Origin: Myxococcales bacterium
GTDB lineage: Bacteria > Myxococcota_A > UBA9042
NCBI GenBank assembly: GCA_037441385.1
Contig: JBBISH010000034.1
Span: 1-51,275 of the forward strand
Direction: 5' to 3'
Length of the DNA: 51,275 nt
Part shown: positions 36,207 to 47,300 of the stretch, piece by piece
Layout of the letters: every line of letters starts with the position of its first letter
Numbering within the stretch: position 1 is the first letter of the stretch
Program-made: the position numbers and the translations under genes
The notes under the pieces: generated by a model
Databases searched by the model: none
What the model was told of the DNA's origin: nothing
What the model saw: only the letters and a program-made list of their open reading frames with translations

Positions 36207-37487
36207 ATGCGCCCCGCCATGCCGACCCGCTGCCCACTGCCGCCGAATCGACCGGCGCGCGCGGCCGTGTTAGCGTTCTTGGCGCTGCTGGCGTGGCCGG
36301 GCTGCGACAAGGCCCCGTCGACCTGCCCCGCCGATGCCTGCCCGGCGGGATTTCGCTGCGAGCCCAGCACCGGCGAATGCCGGCTGATTCAGCCGCAACA
36401 GACCCGGGAAATTCCACTGTACGGGGCCATCACGGCCGTGCCGAGCGCTTCGGGTGCGCCCGCGGTGGTGGGCTATGCGGCCGACCGACAGAGCCTGGCG
36501 GCCCTGGATAGCAGTGGACTCATCTACGTGGCCGGACCGGCGGCGGGCGGCGCCGAGGAACCTGCAGGCCAGTCGTCGGCGGCCCTCCGCGGCAGTGATC
36601 AGCGCCTGCGCGTGGCTTGGATCCGCGAAAGCGACCGCGTCTTGTGGCTTTCCGAGCAGACCGCCGCGGGCTGGAAGCGGAGCAAGCTGACCAGCGAGGC
36701 CGTGGGGCCCCTGGCCATGGCCGAACACAAGGGGGCGTTGACCGTCGCCTATCGCCGGGCCGACGCGGCGGGGCTGCGCTTGGCCGTGCGCGGCGCGGAC
36801 GAAGCATGGCACATCGAGGATGTACCTGTGCCGCCTCCGCCTTTGGGTCAGACCGCGCCTGTCCACGACGTGGGCTACAGCGTGAGCATGGTGTCGATGG
36901 CCTCGGGCTTGGCCGTCAGCGCCTACGACGCGACCTATGGCGACTTGGTGCTGGCGGTGAAAGTCGGCTCCACGTGGTCGGTTTCGCGGCTTTTTGGCAG
37001 CGACGCGGCCACCGGTGCTGATTTGGGCGACATGGGCAACCCGGCCGTGCTGGCCGCCGGTCCCGATGGCGAGTTGGTGGTGGCTTACCGCGACGCCACC
37101 GCCGGCACCGTGGTCTTGGCGCGCAGTCAGGGCGGCGTCATGGTGCGCAAGACCGTGGCGACCGGCTTGCGCGCAGGCCCGAACGGCACGCAAATCCGCG
37201 ACCTGCTTGGCACTTCCCTGGCAATGGTAGTCCGCGCGGACGGACGGGCGGTGGTGGCTTGGTTCAACGCCCGCCAGTGGCGCGTGGGCTACGCTGCCGA
37301 AAAACAAGCCGGGGGCTTTGAGTTGGGCAGCCTGCCACCGGGCAGCGACGGCGGGGCCGAGGCGTGGCCAGCCCTGAGCGTGGGCGCCGAGGGCGCAGTC
37401 TGGTTGACGTGGGTGGCGTTGCAGCCGGCGCACGGTCCAAGCGGATCGCGCCTGGGCCAGGCCAAGATTCTGCAAGGTGCGCCATGA
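36207..37487 (+). CDS. Hypothetical lipoprotein (Cys-rich N-terminus, beta-propeller-like repeats)
   Basis: LAWPGC lipobox-like; CPADACPAGFRCEPSTGEC; repeated VAY/SAYD/VAYRD/VAWF strands. Start 36195-36219 uncertain. Confidence 0.75.
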   Translation: MRPAMPTRCPLPPNRPARAAVLAFLALLAWPGCDKAPSTCPADACPAGFRCEPSTGECRLIQPQQTREIPLYGAITAVPSASGAPAVVGYAADRQSLAALDSSGLIYVAGPAAGGAEEPAGQSSAALRGSDQRLRVAWIRESDRVLWLSEQTAAGWKRSKLTSEAVGPLAMAEHKGALTVAYRRADAAGLRLAVRGADEAWHIEDVPVPPPPLGQTAPVHDVGYSVSMVSMASGLAVSAYDATYGDLVLAVKVGSTWSVSRLFGSDAATGADLGDMGNPAVLAAGPDGELVVAYRDATAGTVVLARSQGGVMVRKTVATGLRAGPNGTQIRDLLGTSLAMVVRADGRAVVAWFNARQWRVGYAAEKQAGGFELGSLPPGSDGGAEAWPALSVGAEGAVWLTWVALQPAHGPSGSRLGQAKILQGAP

Positions 37488-39007
37488 GTTGGCGCATCTC
37501 GCTTGGCGCCAGCTGGGCCATGCTCGCGGTGCTGACGCAGCTCAGCTCGTTTGGCTGCAAGTCAGCACTGACCCCGCTAGACAAACCGTTGCCCGCCGAA
37601 GCCCGCGTCGCGGGTGGCATCCAGATGGTGGCTTCGACCGCGGACTCGGGCCAGCTTGGCGAAACGATTCGACTAGTCGCCGGTCAGCACGTCAACGTGG
37701 CCACTGCTCCGCAAACCATCGACGGCGCGGAGGCGACGCTTTCTGCCTTTACCACCAGCCTTTACGTCGAGTCAGCGAAGGCCGAGTGGCTCGACTCGGG
37801 GCAGCTGCGGGTGATCGCCAAGATCGCGCCCATCGATCTGCCGTTGACCGCCGTGGCAGCCAAGTCCTCGACGTGTGGCATCAACTGCAAAGCCAGCGGC
37901 ATCACGGTGACCGCCCTGGCCCAGCTCAGCCGCACGGCCGGATCGGTGGCGGCGGTGCTGAGCCAGGCCCCGGCCGTGGAGTTCCAGCAGCTGACCCTGC
38001 AGGCTCCCGATGGCTGCTTAGAGGCGCTGGGCGCGGGCGTGCCCAAAACGGCCGAAGCGGCGGTGCGGACGGCCCTGGCCGCGCCCTTGGCGGGCCGCTT
38101 TGGCCCCACCCTGGTGCAGGCCCTGCAGACGCTGGTGCCGCCAAGCTCGGCCGTGCAAGGTCAGCTCGACCTGTCGGGCGATCCCGCGAGTCCACAAATC
38201 TTGCGGATAGACAGTTCTTTTGCGCCCGACGGGGCGCCGCTGATCGAGCGCGAACTGGGTTTTGCGGCGGCGCCACTCGATGTGGCCGTGACCGTGGAGC
38301 GCGCCGGCTGTGCCGCGGATGTGCCGCCGCCGCCGATTGCGGAAGCCGAGTTGCAGCCTGGCGAGGCGCCGCAGACGCCTGCCGTGATTCGCCGGGCGAT
38401 GGTGATCAGCGCGCCGATGGTGGCACGCTTGGCGTGGGCCTGGTTGCGCTCGGGCGAGTGGTGCCGCGCGGGCGGCGGCGGTCTGCCGGTCCTGGAGCAG
38501 ACGGCATGGCCGAGCAGCGTGGTGCCAGAACTGCAGCCATGGCTGGAAAGTGCGCCAACGGGCGCCCAGTTTTGGCCGCACAGCGGGATCGAAGTAGCCG
38601 TGGTCGACCGCGCCCAGGGCCCCGTGCTGGCTTGGACGCTTGAGGACGCGACCTTGGAGATCCGCGGCCGCGTCGCCGGCACCGAGGCGGTGGTGCTGAC
38701 GGTCCGCGGCACCTTCCACGGCGAGTTGCGGCCCATGGTCAACCCGGCGGGCAAGCTCGTCTTGGTGCAACAAGGGATTACGTTGGACAGCGCCGTGGTG
38801 GCCAGCCCGCTGCTGGGCGAAGAGACGGTGACCGGCAGCAACCAGGGCCTTGGCCGCCTCATCGACGCGGCGTTGACCGGAATCTTTGACCCGCCCGTGG
38901 TGTTGCCCCTGGACGGATGGCTGCCGGCGGGCTCGGTAGTCACGGCCGTGCGGCGCGGCGGCGGCTCGCTGTGGCTGTGGCTGGACGGCGGTCTGAGCAG
39001 CCCGTGA
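37484..39007 (+). CDS. Hypothetical lipoprotein
   Basis: ATGA overlap with the previous gene; LSSFGC lipobox-like; beta-rich. Confidence 0.75.
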   Translation: MSWRISLGASWAMLAVLTQLSSFGCKSALTPLDKPLPAEARVAGGIQMVASTADSGQLGETIRLVAGQHVNVATAPQTIDGAEATLSAFTTSLYVESAKAEWLDSGQLRVIAKIAPIDLPLTAVAAKSSTCGINCKASGITVTALAQLSRTAGSVAAVLSQAPAVEFQQLTLQAPDGCLEALGAGVPKTAEAAVRTALAAPLAGRFGPTLVQALQTLVPPSSAVQGQLDLSGDPASPQILRIDSSFAPDGAPLIERELGFAAAPLDVAVTVERAGCAADVPPPPIAEAELQPGEAPQTPAVIRRAMVISAPMVARLAWAWLRSGEWCRAGGGGLPVLEQTAWPSSVVPELQPWLESAPTGAQFWPHSGIEVAVVDRAQGPVLAWTLEDATLEIRGRVAGTEAVVLTVRGTFHGELRPMVNPAGKLVLVQQGITLDSAVVASPLLGEETVTGSNQGLGRLIDAALTGIFDPPVVLPLDGWLPAGSVVTAVRRGGGSLWLWLDGGLSSP

Positions 39008-39088
39008 CGGCGGCTGGGCATTTGCACGGTCGCGGAATTGGCGCTAAAACGGCGCGCGTGCGGGCTCCGCCGCCACAAGGACGAGTCG

Positions 39089-39901
39089 ATGCTGCGAGTG
39101 GACGCTAGTACTACGCAATCTGCCGGGGACGGCAAGTCCTGGCTTTGCCTGCGTTTGCCCGCGGCAGCCCCGCGCCGGGGCCGGATGCTGCTCCTGGCAG
39201 CGGCCCTGCTGGGTTTGTGCGGCGCGCAGGCGCTCGGGTCGGCAGCGGCACAGGCCGAGCCGGCACGGCGGACCGACAAGCGCACCGTGCTCAGCTACCA
39301 AAGTACGCTGAAAGACGACGACAACAAGCCCGTGGCCGGCATCTTCCCGATGCAGTTCACGCTGAGCAAGGGCAAGTCCAAGAAGCCGTTCTGGACTGAA
39401 AAGCACTGGATCGCGGTGGACAACGGCCACTACAGCGTGCAGCTGGGGCGGATGAGCGCGTTGCCCAAAGATCTGGACCCCAAGACCGCGGTGATCGCTA
39501 TCAGCATCACGGGGTTTGGCGAGATCCTGCGCGAAGCCCTGGCCGGCGGCGACGCGGCGATGGCCGAGGAAGTGGCGCTGGGCAATGGCGGCGCTGGTGG
39601 CAAGCGCATCGTGCAGTACGCTGAAAAGGCTGGCTTTGCTTACGAGGCGGAGCACTCGGTCAGCGCCGATCGCCTGGGCAATTTCACCGCCAAGCTGCTG
39701 CAGGACGCATTGGACGAGCTGCAGAAGCGCAAGCTGAAGGTCAAGATCGGGCGCAACCAGGTCAACCTGACCACCATCGGTGGCGCTGGCGGCACGCCCT
39801 TTGAGTCGATCTGCCCGGCCGGCATGGTGGTGGTCGGTATCCGCGGTGGCTCGGGCATCTACATCGACAATTTCCAAGTGGTTTGTGCGCCGCTCGAGTA
39901 G
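39089..39901 (+). CDS. Secreted fibre-like protein with a jacalin-like C-terminal repeat
   Basis: Signal ending AQA; LSYQSTLKD...WTEKH...VDNGHYSVQLG domain; A-x2-A stalk; GGAGGTPF...C...GIRGGSGIYID. Start could be 39089 or 39185. Confidence 0.75.
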   Translation: MLRVDASTTQSAGDGKSWLCLRLPAAAPRRGRMLLLAAALLGLCGAQALGSAAAQAEPARRTDKRTVLSYQSTLKDDDNKPVAGIFPMQFTLSKGKSKKPFWTEKHWIAVDNGHYSVQLGRMSALPKDLDPKTAVIAISITGFGEILREALAGGDAAMAEEVALGNGGAGGKRIVQYAEKAGFAYEAEHSVSADRLGNFTAKLLQDALDELQKRKLKVKIGRNQVNLTTIGGAGGTPFESICPAGMVVVGIRGGSGIYIDNFQVVCAPLE

Positions 39902-39928
39902 CCGACGCCCACCTACCGCGGACCAGCC

Positions 39929-40399
39929 ATGCACCACGACCCGCCTGACCAGGCCCCCTACGTGCCGCCGCGCGGACCCAGTCTGACGGTGGACTGCATC
40001 GTGGAATTGCCCACCGAAACGGGCGAACTTGGCGTGCTGCTGGTGCATCGGCGCTTCCCGCCGCATGGCTGGGCCCTGCCGGGCGGCTACGTCGATGCAG
40101 GCGAGTCATGCGAAGAAGCGGCGTTGCGCGAATTGCTGGAGGAGACGCGACTTTACGGGCGGTTGCGCTATCAGCTGCGCTGCTACTCGGATCCGCGCCG
40201 CGACCCGCGCCGGGCGACGGCTACCGTGGCCTTTGCCGTGGACGCCGAAGGGGTACCGGTGGCAGGCGACGACGCCGGGGCTCTGCAGGTGTGGCCGTGG
40301 CACGCTCTGCCGACATTGTGCTTTGATCATGCACAGATCCTCGCCGACTACCGCAGCGGCCGCTACGTGCCCCGCGAGTCGACTCGCCAGGAAGGCTGA
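39929..40399 (+). CDS. NUDIX hydrolase
   Basis: WALPGGYVDAGESCEEAALRELLEET Nudix box; YSDPRRDPR, AGDDA and FDH. Confidence 0.92.
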   Translation: MHHDPPDQAPYVPPRGPSLTVDCIVELPTETGELGVLLVHRRFPPHGWALPGGYVDAGESCEEAALRELLEETRLYGRLRYQLRCYSDPRRDPRRATATVAFAVDAEGVPVAGDDAGALQVWPWHALPTLCFDHAQILADYRSGRYVPRESTRQEG

Positions 40400-40404
40400 A
40401 ACCG

Positions 40405-40953
40405 ATGCGTGGCCCGCGGCCTTGGCTGGCGGCCGTCGCGCTGGCCGCATGCACCTCGACGGGCAGCATGGGCGGCGTGTGGCGGGGCGCCAGCGACCCC
40501 CGGGGAACGGCCAACCCGTTGTTGTTCGGCGACGACGGCGAACCGCTGTCGGTCGAATTGGTGCTCGGTGAGTTTGGTCCTGATCTTGCTGGGTTATTGC
40601 GGTTTTATCGCGACTCCACCTACGTGTCGTCGCGCGACGCGGCCGCCCCCGACGCCGAGTGTGCCTGTGCGCTGGTGCACAACGGCCGCGTAGTCGACAG
40701 CCATGCGGCCTTCACGTTGGTGGGTTGCCTGCCCGGCGGGTCCGCCAACGCCGCCACCCGGGTCCGCGCCACCCTGGACGAGTCCGAAACCGGCCTGAAA
40801 TTGGCGCTGACGGTCGACGACGCGAGCTCGCCGCTGAACGGCCGGTCGACCTCGCTGGTCCTAAACCGCTACGGCCTGGCCAGCGAGATCACCGCCGAGG
40901 ATCTGGCCTGCCCAGTCGGCCCGGCCGGCGGCAACACCGCGAGCGGGCTATGA
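40405..40953 (+). CDS. Hypothetical lipoprotein
   Basis: WLAAVALAAC lipobox; translationally coupled to its neighbours. Confidence 0.75.
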   Translation: MRGPRPWLAAVALAACTSTGSMGGVWRGASDPRGTANPLLFGDDGEPLSVELVLGEFGPDLAGLLRFYRDSTYVSSRDAAAPDAECACALVHNGRVVDSHAAFTLVGCLPGGSANAATRVRATLDESETGLKLALTVDDASSPLNGRSTSLVLNRYGLASEITAEDLACPVGPAGGNTASGL

Positions 40954-42590
40954 TGGCGAATGCACTGGGATCGCCAACCGTCGGTGGGCATCGCGTCACT
41001 GCGAAGTGCCCTGAGGCGTTTGGTCCGCATTCGCTGGTACCCGATGCAATGAGCAGGCCTTGGGTCGCCAGGCGGTGGACGCTGCCGGTGGCCCTTCTTG
41101 CGGCTTGGGCGCTGGCGGGAGCGGCCTACGCCGAGCCACCGCCCCAGCCGACTGCGGGGGCCACCCCGGTGGCGCCGCCGCCGAGTCCACCAGCCGCAGG
41201 CAATCCGGCGGTGGTGACCGCACCGCTGCTGTCGGGCGACGTGCCCGACGATCAAAAGCGCCCGCGCACGGTGGCCATTCTGCCGTTTCGGGATCAGGCG
41301 GTACGGTTGGCTGACCTGTTCGCGAGCGAGATTCCGGCAGCGGCGGTGGACCGGCTCGAGACCAAGGTGGCCCAGGCCTTGGCGGCAGAGGCGTTCGTCA
41401 GCGCCCGCGACGTGGGCGAGGTCCGCCAGACCCTGGCCGACGACCATGCGGTGGCGAGCCAAGGGCAGTTGGCCCAACAATTGTATCGGATCGGTCTGGA
41501 CTTGTACTGGTCGCTGGCCCCCGGCCGGGCGGCGGTCAAGCTGCAACAAGCGGTGGCGGCGTGGCGCGAGCTCTACCAGGACGTGTTTGACCCAAAGCCT
41601 TGTGCCGACGCGCAGTTCATGTATGGCGTGGCGTTGGTCGACTCCGGGCGCACGGCCGAGGGCCACATCGCGCTGAAGGACGCCTTTGCCCTGCAGACCG
41701 ACCGGCACTTTCGCCCCAACTTCTTCCCGCCGCCGGTCGAGCGAGCCCTGACCGCCGCGCTGGCCGATTTTCTCTCGACGGGCGACCCCTTGCGCACCTA
41801 CGGTGACTCGGCGCGCATGGCGCAGCTGGCGCGAAGGCTGGGGGTCGCGTGGCTGGTAGTGGGCGCTCTGCGGCGCAGTGAAAATGGCCCCGAAGTGTGG
41901 CTGGCGGTGTTTTCGGCGCAGCGGCGGCTGTACGAAGCCGAGATGCGGGTGCCCATCGACGAATTCGAAAGTCGCCTGCAGCCCTTTTTGTCGCGCTGGC
42001 TGGCATGCGCGCCCATCGCCGAGGCCCGGCCGCCCGTCCACGTCGTCGACACGCTGCGCACCGATTTGTCTGTGGCCTACGCGCCGTTCCTGCGGCAGCC
42101 GACGCGCACGGCTTTTCAGAGCATCGGGTTTTCGGTGGGGGTTGCGCACGAATTTCGCTCGAACCTTGAGTGGTTCAGCCGCCTGGCGCTGCACACCAGC
42201 ATCACGGATCCCTACCGCGACCTGCTGCGCTCGTTCAATTCGGTGCGGGCTTCGGTGGGCCTGGGGGCGACCGTGACGCGCGGGCCACTGCGCTTCTTTG
42301 CGCAGGCCGGGTTGGACGCCCAGTTGCTGGGCAGTTTCGAGGCATCGGTCGACCCAGACTGCAAGCTATTTGGCACCGACCATCGCCTGTGCGACCGCAG
42401 CAAGGTGACGAATTTGGACCAGAATGTGCTAGCGGGCGTTCAGGCCGCGCTGGGTATTCAGCTGCACCTGGGCCGCGACTTCTTGCTGGGACTGCGCGCG
42501 TCCATGGCCAACTACTTCTTGCCGCTGGACGGCACGGACAAGCTCAATTTGCCCATTGGCGCCGAACTGGGCCTGGGCTATCGACTGTAG
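40950..42590 (+). CDS. Hypothetical secreted protein with a helical/TPR-like region and a C-terminal beta-barrel
   Basis: Signal ending AYA; C-terminal amphipathic strands ending LGLGYRL. Start could be 40950 or 41049. Confidence 0.75.
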   Translation: MMANALGSPTVGGHRVTAKCPEAFGPHSLVPDAMSRPWVARRWTLPVALLAAWALAGAAYAEPPPQPTAGATPVAPPPSPPAAGNPAVVTAPLLSGDVPDDQKRPRTVAILPFRDQAVRLADLFASEIPAAAVDRLETKVAQALAAEAFVSARDVGEVRQTLADDHAVASQGQLAQQLYRIGLDLYWSLAPGRAAVKLQQAVAAWRELYQDVFDPKPCADAQFMYGVALVDSGRTAEGHIALKDAFALQTDRHFRPNFFPPPVERALTAALADFLSTGDPLRTYGDSARMAQLARRLGVAWLVVGALRRSENGPEVWLAVFSAQRRLYEAEMRVPIDEFESRLQPFLSRWLACAPIAEARPPVHVVDTLRTDLSVAYAPFLRQPTRTAFQSIGFSVGVAHEFRSNLEWFSRLALHTSITDPYRDLLRSFNSVRASVGLGATVTRGPLRFFAQAGLDAQLLGSFEASVDPDCKLFGTDHRLCDRSKVTNLDQNVLAGVQAALGIQLHLGRDFLLGLRASMANYFLPLDGTDKLNLPIGAELGLGYRL

Positions 42591-42599
42591 AGGGGCGAC

Positions 42600-44291
42600 A
42601 TGAGTGTAGAAATCCTGAAGGCTCGCGCAAACTTGCAGCCTCCGACCGGGCCGGTGGTGCTGGCGATTCTGGACGGCGTGGGCTGGGGACTGCGCGACGG
42701 CGGCGACGCGGTGCACCTGGCCCACAAGCCGACCTTGGACAGGCTGTGGCGCGACTTCCCCACGGTGACGCTCAAGGCGCACGGCACGGCGGTGGGCCTG
42801 CCGAGCGACGCCGACATGGGCAACAGCGAAGTGGGGCACAACGCCTTGGGCGCTGGGCGGGTTTTTGAGCAAGGCGCGGCGCTGGTGCAGCAAGCGGTCG
42901 AAAGCGGGGCGATCGGCCGGTCCGAGACCTGGCGCTGGCTCACTGAACCGCTGCGGGCCGGTGGAACCCTGCATCTGTGCGGACTTCTGTCGGATGGCAA
43001 CGTCCATTCGCATATCGACCACGTGGTAGGCTTGCTGCGGCTGGCCCAGCAAAGCGGCGTGAAGCGGGTGCGGCTGCACACCTTGGCGGACGGTCGCGAT
43101 GTCGCCGATCCGTCGTTTGATCAGTACGTTGCGCAGCTGCAGGCGGTGCTGGACGAGGTGGCTGCACTGGGCTGCGACGCGGCGATCGCCTCGGGCGGTG
43201 GGCGCATGGCGGTGACGATGGACCGCTACGAGGCCGATTGGTCGATGGTGGCGCGCGGCTGGCAACTGCACGTGCACGGCGACGGGCCGATGTTTGCCAG
43301 TGTGGGCGAGGCCTTGCAGAGCTTGCGCGGCGAGCCGGGCGGGCAGTCCGACCAGACGCTGGGCGGCTTTGTGATCGGCCAGGCGGGTCAGCCCATCGGC
43401 CAGGTGCACGACGGCGACGCGTTCGTGTTCTGGAATTTCCGCGGCGATCGCGCCATCGAGATCAGCCGCGCCTTTGAAGAGGGGGACGAGTTTTCTGCGT
43501 TTGACCGGGGTCGCCGCCCGCAGGTCCGCTATGCGGGCATGATGCAGTACGACGGCGACCTGCACCTGCCGGAGCACTTCCTGGTTCAGCCGCCGGTCAT
43601 CGACCGCACCATGGGCGAGTTCCTGGCCGCCTTGGGCAAACGGACCTTTGCGGTGTCCGAGACCCAGAAATACGGCCATGTGACCTACTTCTGGAACGGC
43701 AACCGCTCGGGCGTGCTGGCGCCGCAATTCGAGCGCTACGCCGAAGTGCCCAGCGATCGCATCGCCTTTGACAAGGCGCCGGCCATGCAGGCCGGGGCGA
43801 TCGCCGATCAGGTGCTGGCGGCGTTGGACGTGGGCCACGGCGACGGGCAGCCGGCCTACGATTTTGTGCGCTTCAACATGGCGAACGGCGACATGGTCGG
43901 CCACACCGGCAATCTGGCGGCGACCGTGACCGCGCTGGAGACCGTGGACCGCGAGCTGGGCCGGATTGCCGACAAAGTCGCGCAGCTGGGCGGCATCCTG
44001 GTGGTGACCGCCGATCACGGCAACGCGGACGACATGTGGATGCGCGACAAAAAGAACGCGCCGCTCCGCCACCCCGACGGCACCATCCAGGCCAAGACCT
44101 CGCACACGCTGAACCCGGTGCCGCTGACAATCGTGGACAGCCGCGCCAACCCGCCGTGGCAGCTGCGCAAAGTCGGAGATGCTGGACTGGCCAACGTCGC
44201 CGCCACGCTGCTGGAGCTGCTGGGCTACGAGCAACCGGAAGACTACGCGGCGGCATTGATCGAGCCGGCTTCGCTTTCGGCCGCAGGGTGA
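42600..44291 (+). CDS. gpmI: 2,3-bisphosphoglycerate-independent phosphoglycerate mutase
   Basis: ILDGVG, MGNSEVGH, SDGNVHSH, DGRD, NFRGDR, ETQKYGHVT, NGDMVGHTG, TADHGN and SHTLNPVP. Confidence 0.97.
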   Translation: MSVEILKARANLQPPTGPVVLAILDGVGWGLRDGGDAVHLAHKPTLDRLWRDFPTVTLKAHGTAVGLPSDADMGNSEVGHNALGAGRVFEQGAALVQQAVESGAIGRSETWRWLTEPLRAGGTLHLCGLLSDGNVHSHIDHVVGLLRLAQQSGVKRVRLHTLADGRDVADPSFDQYVAQLQAVLDEVAALGCDAAIASGGGRMAVTMDRYEADWSMVARGWQLHVHGDGPMFASVGEALQSLRGEPGGQSDQTLGGFVIGQAGQPIGQVHDGDAFVFWNFRGDRAIEISRAFEEGDEFSAFDRGRRPQVRYAGMMQYDGDLHLPEHFLVQPPVIDRTMGEFLAALGKRTFAVSETQKYGHVTYFWNGNRSGVLAPQFERYAEVPSDRIAFDKAPAMQAGAIADQVLAALDVGHGDGQPAYDFVRFNMANGDMVGHTGNLAATVTALETVDRELGRIADKVAQLGGILVVTADHGNADDMWMRDKKNAPLRHPDGTIQAKTSHTLNPVPLTIVDSRANPPWQLRKVGDAGLANVAATLLELLGYEQPEDYAAALIEPASLSAAG

Positions 44292-44325
44292 CTACACTTC
44301 AGCGCAGATCAACTGCGGACGCGAC

Positions 44326-47300
44326 GTGAACCTCCCCGACCTGCCCCCGGACTCGACCGAGCCGCCTGACGGCACGCCGCTGCCCGGAAACCTGGGTTGG
44401 CGGGCGATCTTGATGCCCTTGCGCGCCGAGCCGTGGCGCTGGTCGCTGGCTTTGCTGGCGCTGCTGGTCGCCCTGGGCTGCCTGGGGGCACTGCTGGAGC
44501 CGGCCGAGACGCAGGCGCTGCGGGCGCAGGCCGTGGCGGCAGGCGAGGTGGCTGCCGAAGGCAATGGCCGGGCCGCAGCACTGGCCGAACTGCGCAGGCT
44601 TGAGGTGGTGCTGCGCGCGCTGCGCTTGCTGCAAGAACACTACGTTGAGCCCGACAAATTCAAGCCGCGGCTGATGCTGGAAGAAGCCCTGCAGTCGCTG
44701 GCGCACCTGGTGCCCGAAATGCTGGTCGATGTGCCCGACCGCGACGCCCAGGGTTTGCCCCGGCTGGTGCGGGCGCGGGTGGGCAGCGCAGAGCAGGTGT
44801 TCCACGTCGAAAACGCCAACGATCTTTATGCCGTGGGCTGGCACCTGCTGGTCGCCGCGCGCTTCGTCGCTGGGTTCCTGCCGCCCGAGGTGCCGGCCGC
44901 CAAGGTCCAGTACACGGCGTTCAACAGCATCCTGCAGACCTTGGATCCGTATTCGCGCCTGCTGGATCCGGAGCAATGGCGCGAAATGCAGACGACGACC
45001 GTGGGCAATTTTGGCGGGTTGGGCATCGTGATCCTGCCGATCGACGGCGTGCTGACCGTGCAGACGGTGCTGCCGGACTCGCCTGCGCAAAAGGCCGGCA
45101 TCGAACCCGGCGACAAGATTCAGCAGATCGACGGCGAAGACACCCTGAACATGAGCGTGGATGCGGCCGTCGAGCGCCTGCGCGGCGAAGTGGGCACCAC
45201 CGCTCGCCTGGTCATCGCGCGCAAGGGTTGGGAGCAGCCGCAGTCGTTCGCGGTGGTGCGCATGGTCATCCACCTGCAGTCCGTGGAGTCCAAAGTGCTG
45301 GACAATGGCGTGGCCTATGCCCGCGTCAAGGGCTTCCAACGCGGCACGGCGGCCGAGCTGGGCGAAGCGATCGACAACTTGCTGCGGGCCGGCGCGCACC
45401 CGGCGCTGGTGCTAGATCTGCGCGACAATCCTGGCGGTTTGCTCGACGAGGCGATCCGCATCTGCGACCTGTTCATCGCCAAGGGGCCCGCGGTGACCAC
45501 GGTGACGGGCGGCAAGCTGCGCGACGTACGGCAAGTGACAGGCACCGGGCGCTTTACCCACCTGCCGCTGGCGGTGCTGCTGAACGGCCATTCGGCCAGC
45601 GCCTCGGAAGTGGTGGCCGGCGCTCTGAAATACTCGGGCCGGGCCTTTGTGGTGGGCGAGCAGAGCTTTGGCAAGGGCTCGGTGCAAGTGCCCTATGAGA
45701 TCGCGGGTGGCGCTTTCAAGATGACCGTGGCCAAGTACTTGGTGCCAGGCGACATCTCGATTCACGGCAAGGGCATCGAACCTGACATCGGCATCCAGTT
45801 CGTCTCGGCGACCCGCGAGCAGATCAGCTTGTTCGGTGGGCCGCGCTATTCGCGGGCGACGCGGCGGGCGCGGGCGGCCTTGGAGTCGCAAGTGCCGCCC
45901 AGGCCCAAGGTTCTGCAAAAGGTGCTGTTGCCAGACCTGGCAGACCGCGATCGCCCGGATGCCGACACGCCGGCCGACGTGATCGAGCGCGAACCCCGCC
46001 AACGGGCGGCGGCGATCTTGCGACGCGTAGGCCAGCCCTCTGCCAAGGCGACGCTGGAGGCGGCCGAGGCCGACGTGGCCGACATGGCCCGCCGCGACGA
46101 CGCCGACTTGGTCAGCCACCTCAAGCGCCAGGGCGTGGACTGGCGCGCGGGCGAGCCAGTCGAGGCCAGCCAGCTCAAGATCGAGATCGTCGACCAAGGC
46201 CAGTCCCTGGAAGCCGATGCTGGTGATATTCTTAGGTTCTCGGTCACCATCACCAACACGGGCAAGGCGCCCGCGACGCGCATCCACATCCTGACCCGCT
46301 GCGACGACCCCAGCTTCGACGGCCACGAGCAGCTGGTCGGCCGCCTGGAGCCTGGACAAAATCGCACCGTGCCGCTGAGCGTTCGGGTGTCGCTGCGCCA
46401 CGGCGCCGTCCAAGTGCCGCTGGTGGTCGGGGTGGCGCAAGACGGCCGGGTGTTGGGCCGCGAAGACAGTTCGCTGCTCAAGGTGCACGGCAAGCCCGCT
46501 CCCGAGTTTGCTTTTCGCCTGAAGCTGGACGACTCGGCCCCCGGGGCCAGCGGCGCTCCCGACCAGGTCCTGCAGCCGGGCGAGACCGCGGGGCTGGTGC
46601 TAGAAATCCAGAACATTGGCGCCGGCTTGACCCAAGCCGGGATGGTGCGGCTGCGGAGCCTGAGCGGCCAGCGCCTGCACTTGGTCGACGGGCGGAGCCG
46701 CTTTGGGCCGCTGGCCTCGGGAGCGACCACGTCGGTGCGGCTGGCGGTGCGCGGCGTGGACCTAGAGGCGCGCGACGGCAAGCAAACGCCCTCGGGCGAC
46801 TGGGATCCGGTCCGGCTGGAGCTGAGCATCAGCGACGAGAGCCTGGGGGTAGAACGCCAGCAAGTACTCGAACTTCCATGGGGTCGCCACGCGCTGGCCA
46901 GCGCGCCGGTCCCACAGCGGCAGCGCACCTTGGAGGCGATCGCCCGCGCCGGTCAAGTGTGGAACATCGCGCCGGGCATCGAGATTCTGGGTCCGCAACC
47001 GCCGCCGCCGCTGCAGGCCGCCGCGAGTGCCAGCGGGAGCGCGGCCTGCTGGTACGACCTGCACGCGCTGGTGCACTTTGACCCCGCTGCCCCGACCCGG
47101 CGCTTTGTGACCGCCAGCGTGGCGGGCGACAAGCAGTTCTACCAAGACGCCGAGGGGCGGGCCACGCTGGACACGCATGCCAAACTGAAGCTGGATGCCG
47201 GCCTGAACGCGGTGACCCTCCAAGCGCAGGCTGGTCCGCGCCGCGATGCCGAGAAAACCCTTTGGGTTCATTGCAGCTCCCCTGGGGGATCGGCCCGCGC

